DNA of 16,802 bases, taken from positions 1 through 16,802 of the forward strand of contig JANMKN010000155.1 of the NCBI GenBank assembly GCA_031372065.1, read 5' to 3'. The position numbers and the translations under genes are program-made. This document shows, piece by piece, positions 7,881-16,802 of the stretch (its first letter is position 1; each line of letters begins with the position of its first letter). The notes beneath the pieces are model-generated. The model had not been told where the DNA came from. It did not search any database and saw only the letters and a program-made list of their open reading frames with translations. This stretch comes from Abditibacteriaceae bacterium (lineage in GTDB: Bacteria > Armatimonadota > Abditibacteriia > Abditibacteriales > Abditibacteriaceae).

Positions 7881-9080
7881 TTACAGCGCGCGATAAATGT
7901 GTTCGAGCGCGATGACGGTATAGGCGGTGACCAAAACCGGGTCGCTTTCCATCCAGCGTCCGGCGTCGTTCTGCCACGAGCCGTCGGGCCGCTGATCGTT
8001 AAGCAGGCGGCGGCTTAGTTCGCTGCGCCAATCAATCGCGGTGCCGTCTTTGGCGGTCAGCACGTTGATTTTGCCCACGCTCAGTGCCTTCGCCATCGTC
8101 AGATAGTAGTAAAAGCGGCCTTCCTGTCCCATACCGGGGTTTTCGGCCAACGTATAATTTTCGCCCAGCCATTTCAGCGCGTCTTGCACGCGTGGGTCGC
8201 TGGGCTTCACGCCCGCGTAAAAATAATTCAGAATCCCGGCACAGGTGATGCTGCCGTAAGAGCGCAGCGCGACGCGGCCACCGGGCAGCTTGTCTTCGCC
8301 GGCTTTGCTGATGCCCGGCTCGTAAACGAAGCCGCCGAAATTCTTGGCGTCGTCGCTGGCCCACGGCTGGTCGTTGGAAGCGGGCCGATTCTGGCAGCGA
8401 TCCACGAATTTCAGCACGGCGGGCCAATCGAGGTCGGTTTTTTTGTCGGCTTTGGCGGCTTTTTTGGCGAAGATTTTCTTCGAGTAATCCAGTGCTTCCA
8501 GCGCGAAATGCGTGTTCGACATATCGGCGTGAGCGGGCGTGTTTTCTTTCGGTGTGCCGTAGCCGATGCCGCCGTCGAAAGCGTTATCGGCCACGCCTTT
8601 GGCGTCGAAATCGTTTTGCTGCGTATACACGAATTTGCGCGCGTTGATGATGGTTTGCGTGTATTCCGGCTTCGGATTCATCGCCAGCGCCGTGAGCGCA
8701 ATCGCCGTGTTGTAATTGGCGCGCTCGGTGCCGTAAATGCCGCCGTCGGGCTTGACGTTTTCGAGCAGAAAATGATAGCCGTGATCGGCTTCAACCGGTA
8801 AATCCGCGCCCTTTTTGCGTGTGGGATGCCCGGCGAACGAGCTGAGAACCAAGCCCGTGATGCCCGGTTCGCTCGCCAGACTCCACGAGCCGGTGCCTTT
8901 GTCCTGCTTATCCTTCAAAAACGCCAGCGCGCGATTGATGGAAAGCTCCAGTTCCTGCTTGAGCGACGCATCGCGGTCAGGCGCGACGGTGGCATGGGCA
9001 CTATGACCGCCGAAAATCATTGTTGCGCCGAGCAAAGGCGCGATTTTGAAGGCAGCACGGCGGCTGAAAAAACGTTGCAT
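7881..9080 (-). CDS. Secreted prenyltransferase/squalene-oxidase-repeat (single alpha/alpha-barrel, terpene-cyclase-like) protein, 399 aa
   Basis: Start moved to ATG 9080, which has a GGGGAG RBS and avoids overlap with the DUF1559 gene. N-terminus 'MQRFFSRRAAFK...AHA' is a twin-arginine-like signal. QW-like repeats: QDKGTGSW, VKPDGGI, FDGGIGY, NFGGFVY, QRPDGSW. Also 'RSYGSITCAG'. Confidence 0.82.
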   Translation of the reverse strand: MQRFFSRRAAFKIAPLLGATMIFGGHSAHATVAPDRDASLKQELELSINRALAFLKDKQDKGTGSWSLASEPGITGLVLSSFAGHPTRKKGADLPVEADHGYHFLLENVKPDGGIYGTERANYNTAIALTALAMNPKPEYTQTIINARKFVYTQQNDFDAKGVADNAFDGGIGYGTPKENTPAHADMSNTHFALEALDYSKKIFAKKAAKADKKTDLDWPAVLKFVDRCQNRPASNDQPWASDDAKNFGGFVYEPGISKAGEDKLPGGRVALRSYGSITCAGILNYFYAGVKPSDPRVQDALKWLGENYTLAENPGMGQEGRFYYYLTMAKALSVGKINVLTAKDGTAIDWRSELSRRLLNDQRPDGSWQNDAGRWMESDPVLVTAYTVIALEHIYRAL

Positions 9081-9114
9081 TTTGTAAATCTCCCCATCGA
9101 GTTTTGGTTTTACG

Positions 9115-9795
9115 CTACTGTAAATCGAAGTAGCGGTCGGGCGGCGTTTGGCCAAAATAAAACTGGTTGGCGTTCTGCCATTTGACGTGACCATCGAGCC
9201 AGACCACGTTGCAACCGGCGCTGTGCAAAAAATTGGGACGGCCCCAGCAATGCGAATCGGTGCCCGAAGGCGCCAACAAAAACTTGCCGTCATCGCCGCA
9301 CCAACTGCCATTCACACTGGCTTTGGCGTCGGTGAGAAGCACCGTCTGAGACGCGAATGACACCGCCGACAGCGAGGCCGCGCTGTGTGTGGCCGCGTTG
9401 CTGAAATTCGCCGCCATCGTCGTGAGATAGGCGGTGTTATAGCCAAAATGCGTGGTGATTTTGCCGCTGGCATCCATCTTTTGCACCGAACTGCTGGAGC
9501 AATGCCAAATCTGCTTGCTTTTCACATACGGATCGGTCAGTTCGTGCCACGTCACCGAAGTAGTGGCCGTCAATGAGTAGGCCGCCAACGGCAGCGTATC
9601 GTCGAAATCCTGCGAATACATCAGCACTGCCGTGCCGAGACTTTTGATGTTGCTGGCGCACGAACTCTGGCGCGCTTTTTCGCGGGCGCGGGCAAAAACC
9701 GGAAACAGAATCGCGGCGAGCAATGCGATCACAGCGATGACGACCAAGAGTTCGATCAGGGTAAAACCGCGCCGTGGGGAGTAAGAAAATCGCAT
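9115..9795 (-). CDS. Prepilin-type N-terminal cleavage/methylation protein, DUF1559 / H-X9-DG family, 226 aa
   Basis: 'RRG^[39 protein letters not shown]' N-methyl-Phe motif, and C-terminal '[16 protein letters not shown]' (H-X9-DG). Start moved to ATG 9795, 2 nt after the upstream TAG. Confidence 0.92.
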   Translation of the reverse strand: MRFSYSPRRGFTLIELLVVIAVIALLAAILFPVFARAREKARQSSCASNIKSLGTAVLMYSQDFDDTLPLAAYSLTATTSVTWHELTDPYVKSKQIWHCSSSSVQKMDASGKITTHFGYNTAYLTTMAANFSNAATHSAASLSAVSFASQTVLLTDAKASVNGSWCGDDGKFLLAPSGTDSHCWGRPNFLHSAGCNVVWLDGHVKWQNANQFYFGQTPPDRYFDLQ

Positions 9796-9797
9796 TG

Positions 9798-12700
9798 CTA
9801 TATAGAGAGCGGGCGCCCGTCTACAAAGTTGCAAATCGCCACATTGGCGTGTGGTAGAACGCACAAATCCGCATTCAAATGGCGTTTTTCGCCCTTTTCT
9901 AAAGCAATTTCAACAAGCGTTTCGCCGTAGCGCAGTGTTGCGTTGGTTCCGACGAGGCTGTGCAGCGTGGCACCGCTTAACCTGCCGTTTTGCCATTCAA
10001 TATCCACCGCGAATCCGCCGCGTGCGCGCAGGCCGCTGACCGCGCCGCTCGACCATTCCGGCGGCAGCGCGGGCAGCAAATGAAACTCGTCGTTGTGCGA
10101 TTGCAGCAGCATTTCGGCGATGGCTGCTGTCGCGCCCATCGCGCCGTCCACCTGCGCGGCGCGGAAGCATTTGGAGAACATATTCGGCGTGGTTTGCAGC
10201 GCCACGAGGTTCGAGAGGCAAAGCAGCGCCCGCTCGCCATCGCGCAGCCGCGCCCAGCACGCCGCCTTCCACGCCATGCCGAAACCGGTGCCGCAGTCGC
10301 CGCGCAAATCAAGCGCGACTTTCGCGGCCTGCGCCAGTTCGGGCGTGGCTTCAGGCGTGATTTGCCGGCTGGGAAACACGCCGTAAAGATGCGAAATGTG
10401 GCGGTGCTTCGCTTCCAAATCGCCCCAATCTTGGAGCCATTCCTGTAACTCGCCGCGCCTGCCGATTTGCGACGGCGCCAAGCGCGGCAGCGCCGCCGCG
10501 ACTTCGCCGCACAACGCGGCGTCCGCGCCCAAAATCCGCCCGCCTTCGACGCAGGCCGCGAACAAATCGCGCACGATTTGCATATCAATGGTGGAACCGG
10601 CACAGATAGTCGTGCCGGGCAGATTGGCGTTGATGAAATCGTCGTGAAACGGGCCGTTGCCGGGCCGCGCCGGGAAGTTTTCCGGCGAGTTCGACGGGCA
10701 CGTCACCAGCCACTTCGATTCGGGATGCTCAACCAACGTGTCCAGAAAAAACTGCGCTGCGCCCGTCAGCAGCGGGAAAATTTCGCGCAGGTAATTCTCA
10801 TCGCGCGTGAACAAAAAATGCTCCCACAAATGCGTGCAAAGCCACGCGCCGCCGACGGAAAACGTGCCCCACGTCGCGCCGTCCATCGGTGCCGCCGCGC
10901 GCCACTGATCGGTGTTCTGATGAAACACCCAGCCGCGTGCGCCATAGTGCCGCCCTGCCACGCGCCGTCCGGTTTCGGATAGCTCCTGAATCATGCGTAG
11001 TAACGGCTCGATGCACTCCGGCAGCGCCGCGACTTCGGCGGGCCAATAGTTCATTTGGGTGTTGATGTTCGTGGTGAATTTGCATTCCCACGCCGGGTTC
11101 ATGTCCTCGTTCCACAGGCCCTGCAAGTTGGCCGGCTGGCCACCGGGACGGCTGCTGCCCAGCAACAAATAGCGGCCATATTGAAACATCAGCGCCGCCA
11201 ACTGCGGGTCGTTAGCGGGAACGTGGTCAGTTAAACGCTGGTCGGTCGGCAGCGCGGAAACCTCGGTTTCGGGTAGACACAGCCGCACGCGGCCAAACAA
11301 ACTTTCGTGTTCGGCGATGTGGTCGGCGCGCAGTTGCTCGAATGATTTTTCCCCAAGCCGCGCTAAGCAATCGCGCACGCGCTGGGCCGGGTCGGCGCTG
11401 ATGTCATCGTAGCGTTTGAAGTTGGTGGTCGCCGCGATAATCAGCGTCACCGCGTCGGCGTTTGCAACCGAAACGTCGTCCGCGCGATGCTTGGTTTGGC
11501 CGCCTTCAGCCATAATCCGCACGCGTCCCTCAAAGCGCACGCGGCCTTTAATGCCGAGCATACTGGCGGTTTTTCCGCGCAAAACGAGGTCGTTTTCGCT
11601 CACTTCTTCGGCAAATTCTTCGTCGCCCGGCGTTTTTTCGTTGGCGATGCCGCAAAGCTGCGCCGTCAGCGAAAGCGCGCCGGGTTGGTCAGCACTCAGG
11701 CGCACCACGACGACGCCATCCACTGTGCTGGCGAAAACTTCGCGCCGAAACTCGCAGTCGCCGACGCGGTAACAGACAGTCGCCACGCCGGTTTCCAAAT
11801 CCAAATCGCGATAATAATCGCTGGCGCTTTCGTGGCCGGAAAATTCGAGATTCAAATCGCCGAGCGGCTGATATTTCATCTGCTCGACGGGGTTGCCGAG
11901 CATGGTGCGGTCGAACAGCGCCTCGGCTTCGCGTTCCTGTCCGGCGAAAACCAGGCGGCGGATTTCCGGCAGCGCTTCGATGCCACCGTCGCGGCTGGCG
12001 TCATACGGCCCGCCCGTCCAAATCGTTTGCTCGTTAAGCTGAATGCGTTCGCGGGCCGTGCCGCCGAAAACCATCGCGCCGAGCCGCCCGTTGCCCACCG
12101 GCAACGCTTCGACCCACTGCGCGGCGGGCTGGGCATACCAAAGCGTGGTCGCCGCCGCGCCGGGAGCGAGGCGGTGCGTCAGAGGCGCGTCGGCGACTGG
12201 TTTTTCGTTGCCGGTTTGCACCGGCCCCCAAAGCGTTTGCATAAGTTGATAAATCTCTGGTTCTGCCGTCATCAGTTCGCCGCGATTGAACGGAAAAAAA
12301 TCGTTGGAGCCGAAATAAGTCTCGGTCATTTCGGCGAAGAATTCCTTCTGGTCGGTGAGGCCATAGTGGCGCACGCGTTCGCCGGTGATGAGCAGCGCCG
12401 CGTCGCCGCGTCCGCCGGCTTTGAAGCGCGCGTGGGCGTCGCGGATGCGCGCCTCGTCGAAGCCCAAAATTTGGTCGTGATAGGCGTGCGCCAATTCGTG
12501 CAGCACCACCCACGGCTGCACGTTGATCTGGCGCGGAGCCAGCAGCGCCGCCGCGACGGGAATATGCACGCAGCGCAACAAATCGGCGGCGTAACCGTTC
12601 TCGGCCAGCCAGTCGGCATCGGGGTGATATTGCATCGGCGTCAGCGCGCCGTGCGTCATGTCCAGCACGATGCCGAAGCTCTGCAACTTACTCAATCGGT

Positions 12701-12872
12701 CGGCGCGCACCACTGCCGTGATATCGGCGAGTTTGGCTTCGAGCGATTTGAGAATGCGCGTGCCCATCACAGCGTTTTCCCCTTGCAACAAGCGGTCGTC
12801 AACGCGCACGTTCCAGCCTTCGATGTGGCGAATGCTGCGCGAGGCGGGTTTGGGTGGAATTTGTTCGCTCAT
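9798..12872 (-). CDS. Fusion of an N-terminal zinc-dependent metallopeptidase (HExxH, MtfA/M90-like) and a GH95 alpha-L-fucosidase-family domain, 1024 aa
   Basis: Residues 1-~216 carry '[11 protein letters not shown]', '[12 protein letters not shown]' and '[11 protein letters not shown]'. GH95 motifs follow: '[25 protein letters not shown]', 'YQPLGDL', '[15 protein letters not shown]', '[10 protein letters not shown]', 'SPEN', 'HRHISHLYG', 'LLPALP..W..G.V.GLRARGG'. Confidence 0.9.
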   Translation of the reverse strand: MSEQIPPKPASRSIRHIEGWNVRVDDRLLQGENAVMGTRILKSLEAKLADITAVVRADRLSKLQSFGIVLDMTHGALTPMQYHPDADWLAENGYAADLLRCVHIPVAAALLAPRQINVQPWVVLHELAHAYHDQILGFDEARIRDAHARFKAGGRGDAALLITGERVRHYGLTDQKEFFAEMTETYFGSNDFFPFNRGELMTAEPEIYQLMQTLWGPVQTGNEKPVADAPLTHRLAPGAAATTLWYAQPAAQWVEALPVGNGRLGAMVFGGTARERIQLNEQTIWTGGPYDASRDGGIEALPEIRRLVFAGQEREAEALFDRTMLGNPVEQMKYQPLGDLNLEFSGHESASDYYRDLDLETGVATVCYRVGDCEFRREVFASTVDGVVVVRLSADQPGALSLTAQLCGIANEKTPGDEEFAEEVSENDLVLRGKTASMLGIKGRVRFEGRVRIMAEGGQTKHRADDVSVANADAVTLIIAATTNFKRYDDISADPAQRVRDCLARLGEKSFEQLRADHIAEHESLFGRVRLCLPETEVSALPTDQRLTDHVPANDPQLAALMFQYGRYLLLGSSRPGGQPANLQGLWNEDMNPAWECKFTTNINTQMNYWPAEVAALPECIEPLLRMIQELSETGRRVAGRHYGARGWVFHQNTDQWRAAAPMDGATWGTFSVGGAWLCTHLWEHFLFTRDENYLREIFPLLTGAAQFFLDTLVEHPESKWLVTCPSNSPENFPARPGNGPFHDDFINANLPGTTICAGSTIDMQIVRDLFAACVEGGRILGADAALCGEVAAALPRLAPSQIGRRGELQEWLQDWGDLEAKHRHISHLYGVFPSRQITPEATPELAQAAKVALDLRGDCGTGFGMAWKAACWARLRDGERALLCLSNLVALQTTPNMFSKCFRAAQVDGAMGATAAIAEMLLQSHNDEFHLLPALPPEWSSGAVSGLRARGGFAVDIEWQNGRLSGATLHSLVGTNATLRYGETLVEIALEKGEKRHLNADLCVLPHANVAICNFVDGRPLSI

Positions 12873-15415
12873 GGTTTTTCGGGCGAGTCGAAGAAAAGGC
12901 CACTTAGCGTGAGGAGGTCGCCGCGAATTTTGCAGAAGCGAAACTTCACCGAGCGGTCGTATTCGTAGACCAAGTAGCAGCCGCCTTCGTGGTTTTTGAC
13001 CAGTTCGACGGGCGCAATCAGACGCAGCGACTGCGCGTCGAACATTTCCACAACATTGCGGCGTCCGCGCTTGTCCCAGTCCACGAAATACAAGGAGACG
13101 CGGTATTTGCGCACGCCGCTTGTGTTGATTGTCACCGTCATCGTCTGGTCGTTGTTGGACAGGCAGGCGGCGGCGCGCGGCGTGCCGTTGGCGGCGTCGG
13201 GTGCTAACGCGCGACGGTCGGCGGTGGCGTCGGCCCAGCGCGTGCTATCGGGGCGACCGGTTTTGGGGAAGGCGCGAAAGAAATCGAGCGACTTCACGTA
13301 GTCCGGCAATGATTGCTGGTCGCTGCCGTCCGCGCGATAGGCGCACAAAACGTGGCCGTCGCGGCCATATTTGCCGCCCCAGTCGCCGCCGGTGACGGTG
13401 TCGCATCCGACGAATTTCGCGGCGTAAACCTCCGGCGCGGGAGGCACGATTTTTGTCTTGCCGCGATAGCTGGTGGCGAAGGCATAGTCGCCGGGCTGCA
13501 CGTTGTTGAAATAGACGAAATCGGCGTCTTCGCCGGCGCTTTCGATGCCGGCAACCGCGTGAAAGCGTCCGTCCCAGGCCAGCTTTTCGTTGATGGTAAT
13601 GCGCGTGATGCTGCGTCCGGCTTTGGGCACACCGATGCGGCCAACGGTGCCCGGCGGCGCGGCGACGTGACTGGCGCCGGTGGCGGTATCGAAGCTGACG
13701 CAGATGACGCCGTGCGGCGTTGGCGTGGTGCCGGAAACGCTTGTCAGCGTGCTGCCCAAATGCGGCGTGACATCGTAGGTGGCGAAGCCGGGCGAAGTCG
13801 GCGCGATGCCGAGGGTTTCCTCACTGAGCCACTTCACCACGCCCGCCCCCCACGGATGGCACAGGCTGACGATGCCGCATTGCGCGTTCGGCACGGCGTC
13901 GTTGGGGCCGATGAGCGCGTTCCACGCCGGGCGGTAAACCTCGAACGGCGTCGTGCCTCCATAACGAATCATCCCGCCCCACATGTCGCGCACGCTGGTC
14001 AGCGCGTCGTCATGTTTGCCCAGTCGCGCCAACGCCTGAAGGATGAAATATTCGTTGAATGGCGAAAGCGACAGGCGATTGACGCGGTCGCCAAACTCCT
14101 TGTCGTAAAGCGCGGCGCGGGTTGGGCCGTCCAGCAAACCGGTGTTCACGGCGTCGGCGGCGGCGTGGATGCCGAAGCTGCCATACCAATCTTTATCGCG
14201 CTGAAGCTCGGCGATTTTCGCGTTGGCGTAGCCGTCGTATTGGTCGCGCAAATCAGTCCGCCCGCAGTGGTTCATGGCCTGCGCGAAATCGTGCCACGCG
14301 CGAATCGAAAGCATTTTATAAGCGCGCTGCGATTCTTCGTTGGGGCGAAACCAAATCTCGAAACCGGCGCCGACGCGCTCGTCCCAACCGTAGAATCGCA
14401 GCGGAGGATTGGTTCCAAACACGGCGTAAGCGCCGTCGAGTTTGGCGCGTGCGTTGTCGAGATATTCGCGCAAAGTCGCCTCGTCGCCGGTGTAATTGTA
14501 ATAGTCGAGCAGACTCAGCACCCAATAAAGCGAGTAGCTGCGAATGCCGTTGTCCATTTTCGCGGTGCTGTCGAGATTTTGCCGCACGGCGTCCGCGTTG
14601 CCAAACGCCACCAGCGCGGCGGCCTGAATGGCATGAGCGTCGCCCGTCCACGAAATGCGGTCGCCGCGATCCATCAGAATCGAGCCGAAGTAGTCCTTGC
14701 AGCGCGACGCCTTCACGCCATAGGCCGCCATATACCAAATGCGCGTGAGCATCGGGTCGCTGCACGCGAAACTGCCTTCGTAGTTGGTCGGCTTGACCTG
14801 ACAAACCGCGCGCACGCCGGTGATGTGCCACGGTTTGCCGTGCGCCTTGACGTGAATCCACGCGAAGCGCACGCCATCGTAAAGCTCGTCGTTGAGTTTC
14901 AGCCGAAAGGTGTTGCCGATTTTGACCGGCGTCCCCGTTTTATCAACGCCCGGCTCGTTGTATTCGCTGATGCTCATTTCCACGTCGCCGGGGCAGTCGG
15001 GGCTGTCGAACTCGACCCACGCGCCGCTTTCAACGCCGAAATCCAAACGAATCGCGCCGCCGCCCGACACCGCCACGTCCGGCTTTTCGCCGGTCAGCGA
15101 GGCGAGGTTGGCGAAGCTCTGCGGCGCATCCGTCCAAACCGCTTTGGGGCGCAGAACGTAGATTTCCAGAGGGTCGGAGATTTTGGGATTCGCCCAGCGA
15201 TAAGCCACCAGCGGGTCGGGCGATTCGGTGACCGCCGGCCCGCTGAAACTGCCTTTGGCGTAGTCATACGGCTGCGCAATCGGCGAGCGGTCGCGCACGA
15301 CTTGCGCCGCCGTGACGGTCGGCGTGGCTTCTTTGGCGAGCGTGGTGGAAGTTGGCATGGCGACACACAAAGTCGCCATGCAAGCGGCGATGTTCGCTGC
15401 GGAACGAAGGCTCAT
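12869..15415 (-). CDS. Secreted GH78-like (alpha-L-rhamnosidase family) glycoside hydrolase with an extra C-terminal domain, 848 aa
   Basis: Start moved to ATG 15415, giving an ATGA overlap with the upstream stop and a signal peptide (MSLRSAANIAACMATLCVA...). Motifs: 'IRLDFG.E..AW', 'DGVRFA', 'GSFACSDPMLTRIW', 'DRGDRISWTGD', 'TTPFE', 'SLCHPWGAG', 'GTTPTPHG.I'. Confidence 0.82.
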   Translation of the reverse strand: MSLRSAANIAACMATLCVAMPTSTTLAKEATPTVTAAQVVRDRSPIAQPYDYAKGSFSGPAVTESPDPLVAYRWANPKISDPLEIYVLRPKAVWTDAPQSFANLASLTGEKPDVAVSGGGAIRLDFGVESGAWVEFDSPDCPGDVEMSISEYNEPGVDKTGTPVKIGNTFRLKLNDELYDGVRFAWIHVKAHGKPWHITGVRAVCQVKPTNYEGSFACSDPMLTRIWYMAAYGVKASRCKDYFGSILMDRGDRISWTGDAHAIQAAALVAFGNADAVRQNLDSTAKMDNGIRSYSLYWVLSLLDYYNYTGDEATLREYLDNARAKLDGAYAVFGTNPPLRFYGWDERVGAGFEIWFRPNEESQRAYKMLSIRAWHDFAQAMNHCGRTDLRDQYDGYANAKIAELQRDKDWYGSFGIHAAADAVNTGLLDGPTRAALYDKEFGDRVNRLSLSPFNEYFILQALARLGKHDDALTSVRDMWGGMIRYGGTTPFEVYRPAWNALIGPNDAVPNAQCGIVSLCHPWGAGVVKWLSEETLGIAPTSPGFATYDVTPHLGSTLTSVSGTTPTPHGVICVSFDTATGASHVAAPPGTVGRIGVPKAGRSITRITINEKLAWDGRFHAVAGIESAGEDADFVYFNNVQPGDYAFATSYRGKTKIVPPAPEVYAAKFVGCDTVTGGDWGGKYGRDGHVLCAYRADGSDQQSLPDYVKSLDFFRAFPKTGRPDSTRWADATADRRALAPDAANGTPRAAACLSNNDQTMTVTINTSGVRKYRVSLYFVDWDKRGRRNVVEMFDAQSLRLIAPVELVKNHEGGCYLVYEYDRSVKFRFCKIRGDLLTLSGLFFDSPEKP

Positions 15416-16802
15416 TTCGCTCCCCGGTAAACGTCGAATTCGTAAATTGACCAGTGATAAATCGGGTCGGTGCCGGTCTGCGTGACGCGGATGAAGCGCG
15501 CGGTTTGCGGCGCGAATTTGATGGAGGTGATGCCGAGTTGGCCGCGTCCGGTGGCAATCGGCGCGCTCCACTTGGCGCCGTCCTGCGAAACCGTCACCGC
15601 ATATTCGTTTGGCGAATCCCACAGCGCCCAGGTGTTGTCGAGCACGATTTGCGAAAATCGCTCGGCGCGCTGCATATCCACCTGAAACCACTGGCCGGGA
15701 TGCTGGGTTTGCGTCATGTCGCGCCAGCCCGTCCAATGGTCGCCGTCGAGCGCGTTGGCCGCCGAAAGGTCAATCGGCAAATCGGTGCCGGCCAATGGAG
15801 TCGTGCCGTCGGGCACACTGGCCGAAGCCCTCCACGTTTTGTTGTCGAGAGGCCGCATTTCCACCGGCGCCGCCGCCGGAGCTTTGGGCGAAGTCAGCGG
15901 CAGTTTGCCGGTGCCCTGGAACTGCCACACGCCGGGCGCGACGTTGAATTTGATGAAGTCGGCGTCCTCGCCGTGCCACGAAACGCCCGCCACGCCGCCG
16001 CGAAAAGCGCCGTTCCACACCACGGTGCCGTTGACCTTGATGCTTTTCAGTTCGCTGAACGCGCTTTTGGGAATGCCGACGATGGCGGTGGTGTCGGCGG
16101 GCGAGGTGAGGCCGAGCGCGTAGGTCGTCGCGGTTTTTTGAATCTGCACCTTCACGTCGCCTTTCACAGACGGCACCACGACTTTGAGCGCGTTCAAAAA
16201 CGCCTCCTGCGGCAGGACGTGATAGGTGCCCCAGCCGGGCGATTCGGGCGAGATGCCGGCGATGGTTTGCGAAAGAATCAGCGCCGGCGGGTTCCAGCCG
16301 TGATTGAGCGACGAGCCGGAATCGAAGGCGTCAATGCGCGAGGCCCACCAGCGGTCGTAATGTTCCCAGAGCGTGGTGAATTTGCACGGGATCATCGTTT
16401 TGTAGCGCGTGTGCATCCGCAAAAGTGCGGTGTCGGGTTTGCCCATCAGGCACAGCGCCTCGAAGACCCAACGGTCGAAAAAGCAGCTCGAATAGGTTTT
16501 CTTGGTCAGCACGTTTTCGTAAATCGCGGGCCACTTGGCGCGCTCGGCCAGCCCGACGTTGACCGCCATCGCGTTGGCGCGGTCGTCCGGCTCTTTCACC
16601 TGCGCCGACATATAAAAATTGCCCTTCCAAAACTTGGCGTCGAAGCTGGTTTTGATGGCGTCCCGCTTGGCGTCAATGGCTGCAACGTCGGCTTCGTGGC
16701 CGGTAACGAGCGCGATTTTTTTCAGGGTGCCGAGGCATTTGTAATAAAAACAGGTATCGATGACGGCGGTGTCTTTGTTTTCCTTGCCCCAGTCGAACCA
16801 GG
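15412..16802 (-). CDS. GH78-like alpha-L-rhamnosidase family protein with a C-terminal F5/8-type C (discoidin/CBM32-like) domain; 5'-truncated by the window edge
   Basis: The frame stays open from the ORF-track start (16611) to the window edge: WFDWGKENKDTAVIDTCFYYKCL...FDAKFWKGNFY. Motifs 'TTLWEHY', 'SLNHGWN', 'VPSVKGDV'. Discoidin motifs 'ANALDGDHWTGW', 'QWFQVDM', 'ARFIRVTQTG', 'WSIYEFDVY'. Confidence 0.85.
   Translation of the reverse strand, partial: WFDWGKENKDTAVIDTCFYYKCLGTLKKIALVTGHEADVAAIDAKRDAIKTSFDAKFWKGNFYMSAQVKEPDDRANAMAVNVGLAERAKWPAIYENVLTKKTYSSCFFDRWVFEALCLMGKPDTALLRMHTRYKTMIPCKFTTLWEHYDRWWASRIDAFDSGSSLNHGWNPPALILSQTIAGISPESPGWGTYHVLPQEAFLNALKVVVPSVKGDVKVQIQKTATTYALGLTSPADTTAIVGIPKSAFSELKSIKVNGTVVWNGAFRGGVAGVSWHGEDADFIKFNVAPGVWQFQGTGKLPLTSPKAPAAAPVEMRPLDNKTWRASASVPDGTTPLAGTDLPIDLSAANALDGDHWTGWRDMTQTQHPGQWFQVDMQRAERFSQIVLDNTWALWDSPNEYAVTVSQDGAKWSAPIATGRGQLGITSIKFAPQTARFIRVTQTGTDPIYHWSIYEFDVYRGAK

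Noticed and set aside
7881..9080. Calling this gene shc (hopanoid synthesis)
   Set aside because: Too short, no DxDD motif, export-like signal, and no hpn genes in the window.
9081..9311. N-terminal extension of the 476-aa ORF (and 9796-9864 for the DUF1559 ORF)
   Set aside because: Both extensions overlap the upstream genes. The downstream ATGs have better RBS, signal-peptide and spacing support.
13313..15430. Long plus-strand ORFs (705 aa here; also 2350-3738, 6457-7716, 11487-12968)
   Set aside because: They are antisense shadows of GC-rich, codon-biased minus-strand genes, with no recognisable motifs.
15416..15736. 107-aa N-terminal extension of the 955-aa ORF
   Set aside because: It overlaps the F5/8C domain of the upstream gene in another frame. 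ATG 15415 gives an ATGA overlap and a signal peptide.

Overview
GC-rich bacterial DNA, probably Armatimonadota/Abditibacteriota (inferred from the prepilin-like '[18 protein letters not shown]' signature). It is filled by one tightly packed minus-strand gene cluster for carbohydrate/glycoconjugate processing. In transcription order (right to left): a truncated GH78-like glycosidase with an F5/8-type C domain; a secreted GH78-like glycosidase with an unassigned C-terminal domain; an HExxH zinc peptidase fused to a GH95 fucosidase; a DUF1559/H-X9-DG prepilin-type protein; a Tat-like secreted prenyltransferase/squalene-cyclase-repeat protein; a 34-bp perfect inverted repeat (REP-like); a DUF6288-like PDZ/HEAT protein; a DUF2341-LamG-SASA esterase; a 62-codon bridging ORF that looks like a gene remnant; and a sialate O-acetylesterase-family protein. 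The left edge (1-138) holds the 3' end and right inverted repeat of an IS1-family element that the ORF track does not list. All family calls come from motif recognition by eye, not database searches.
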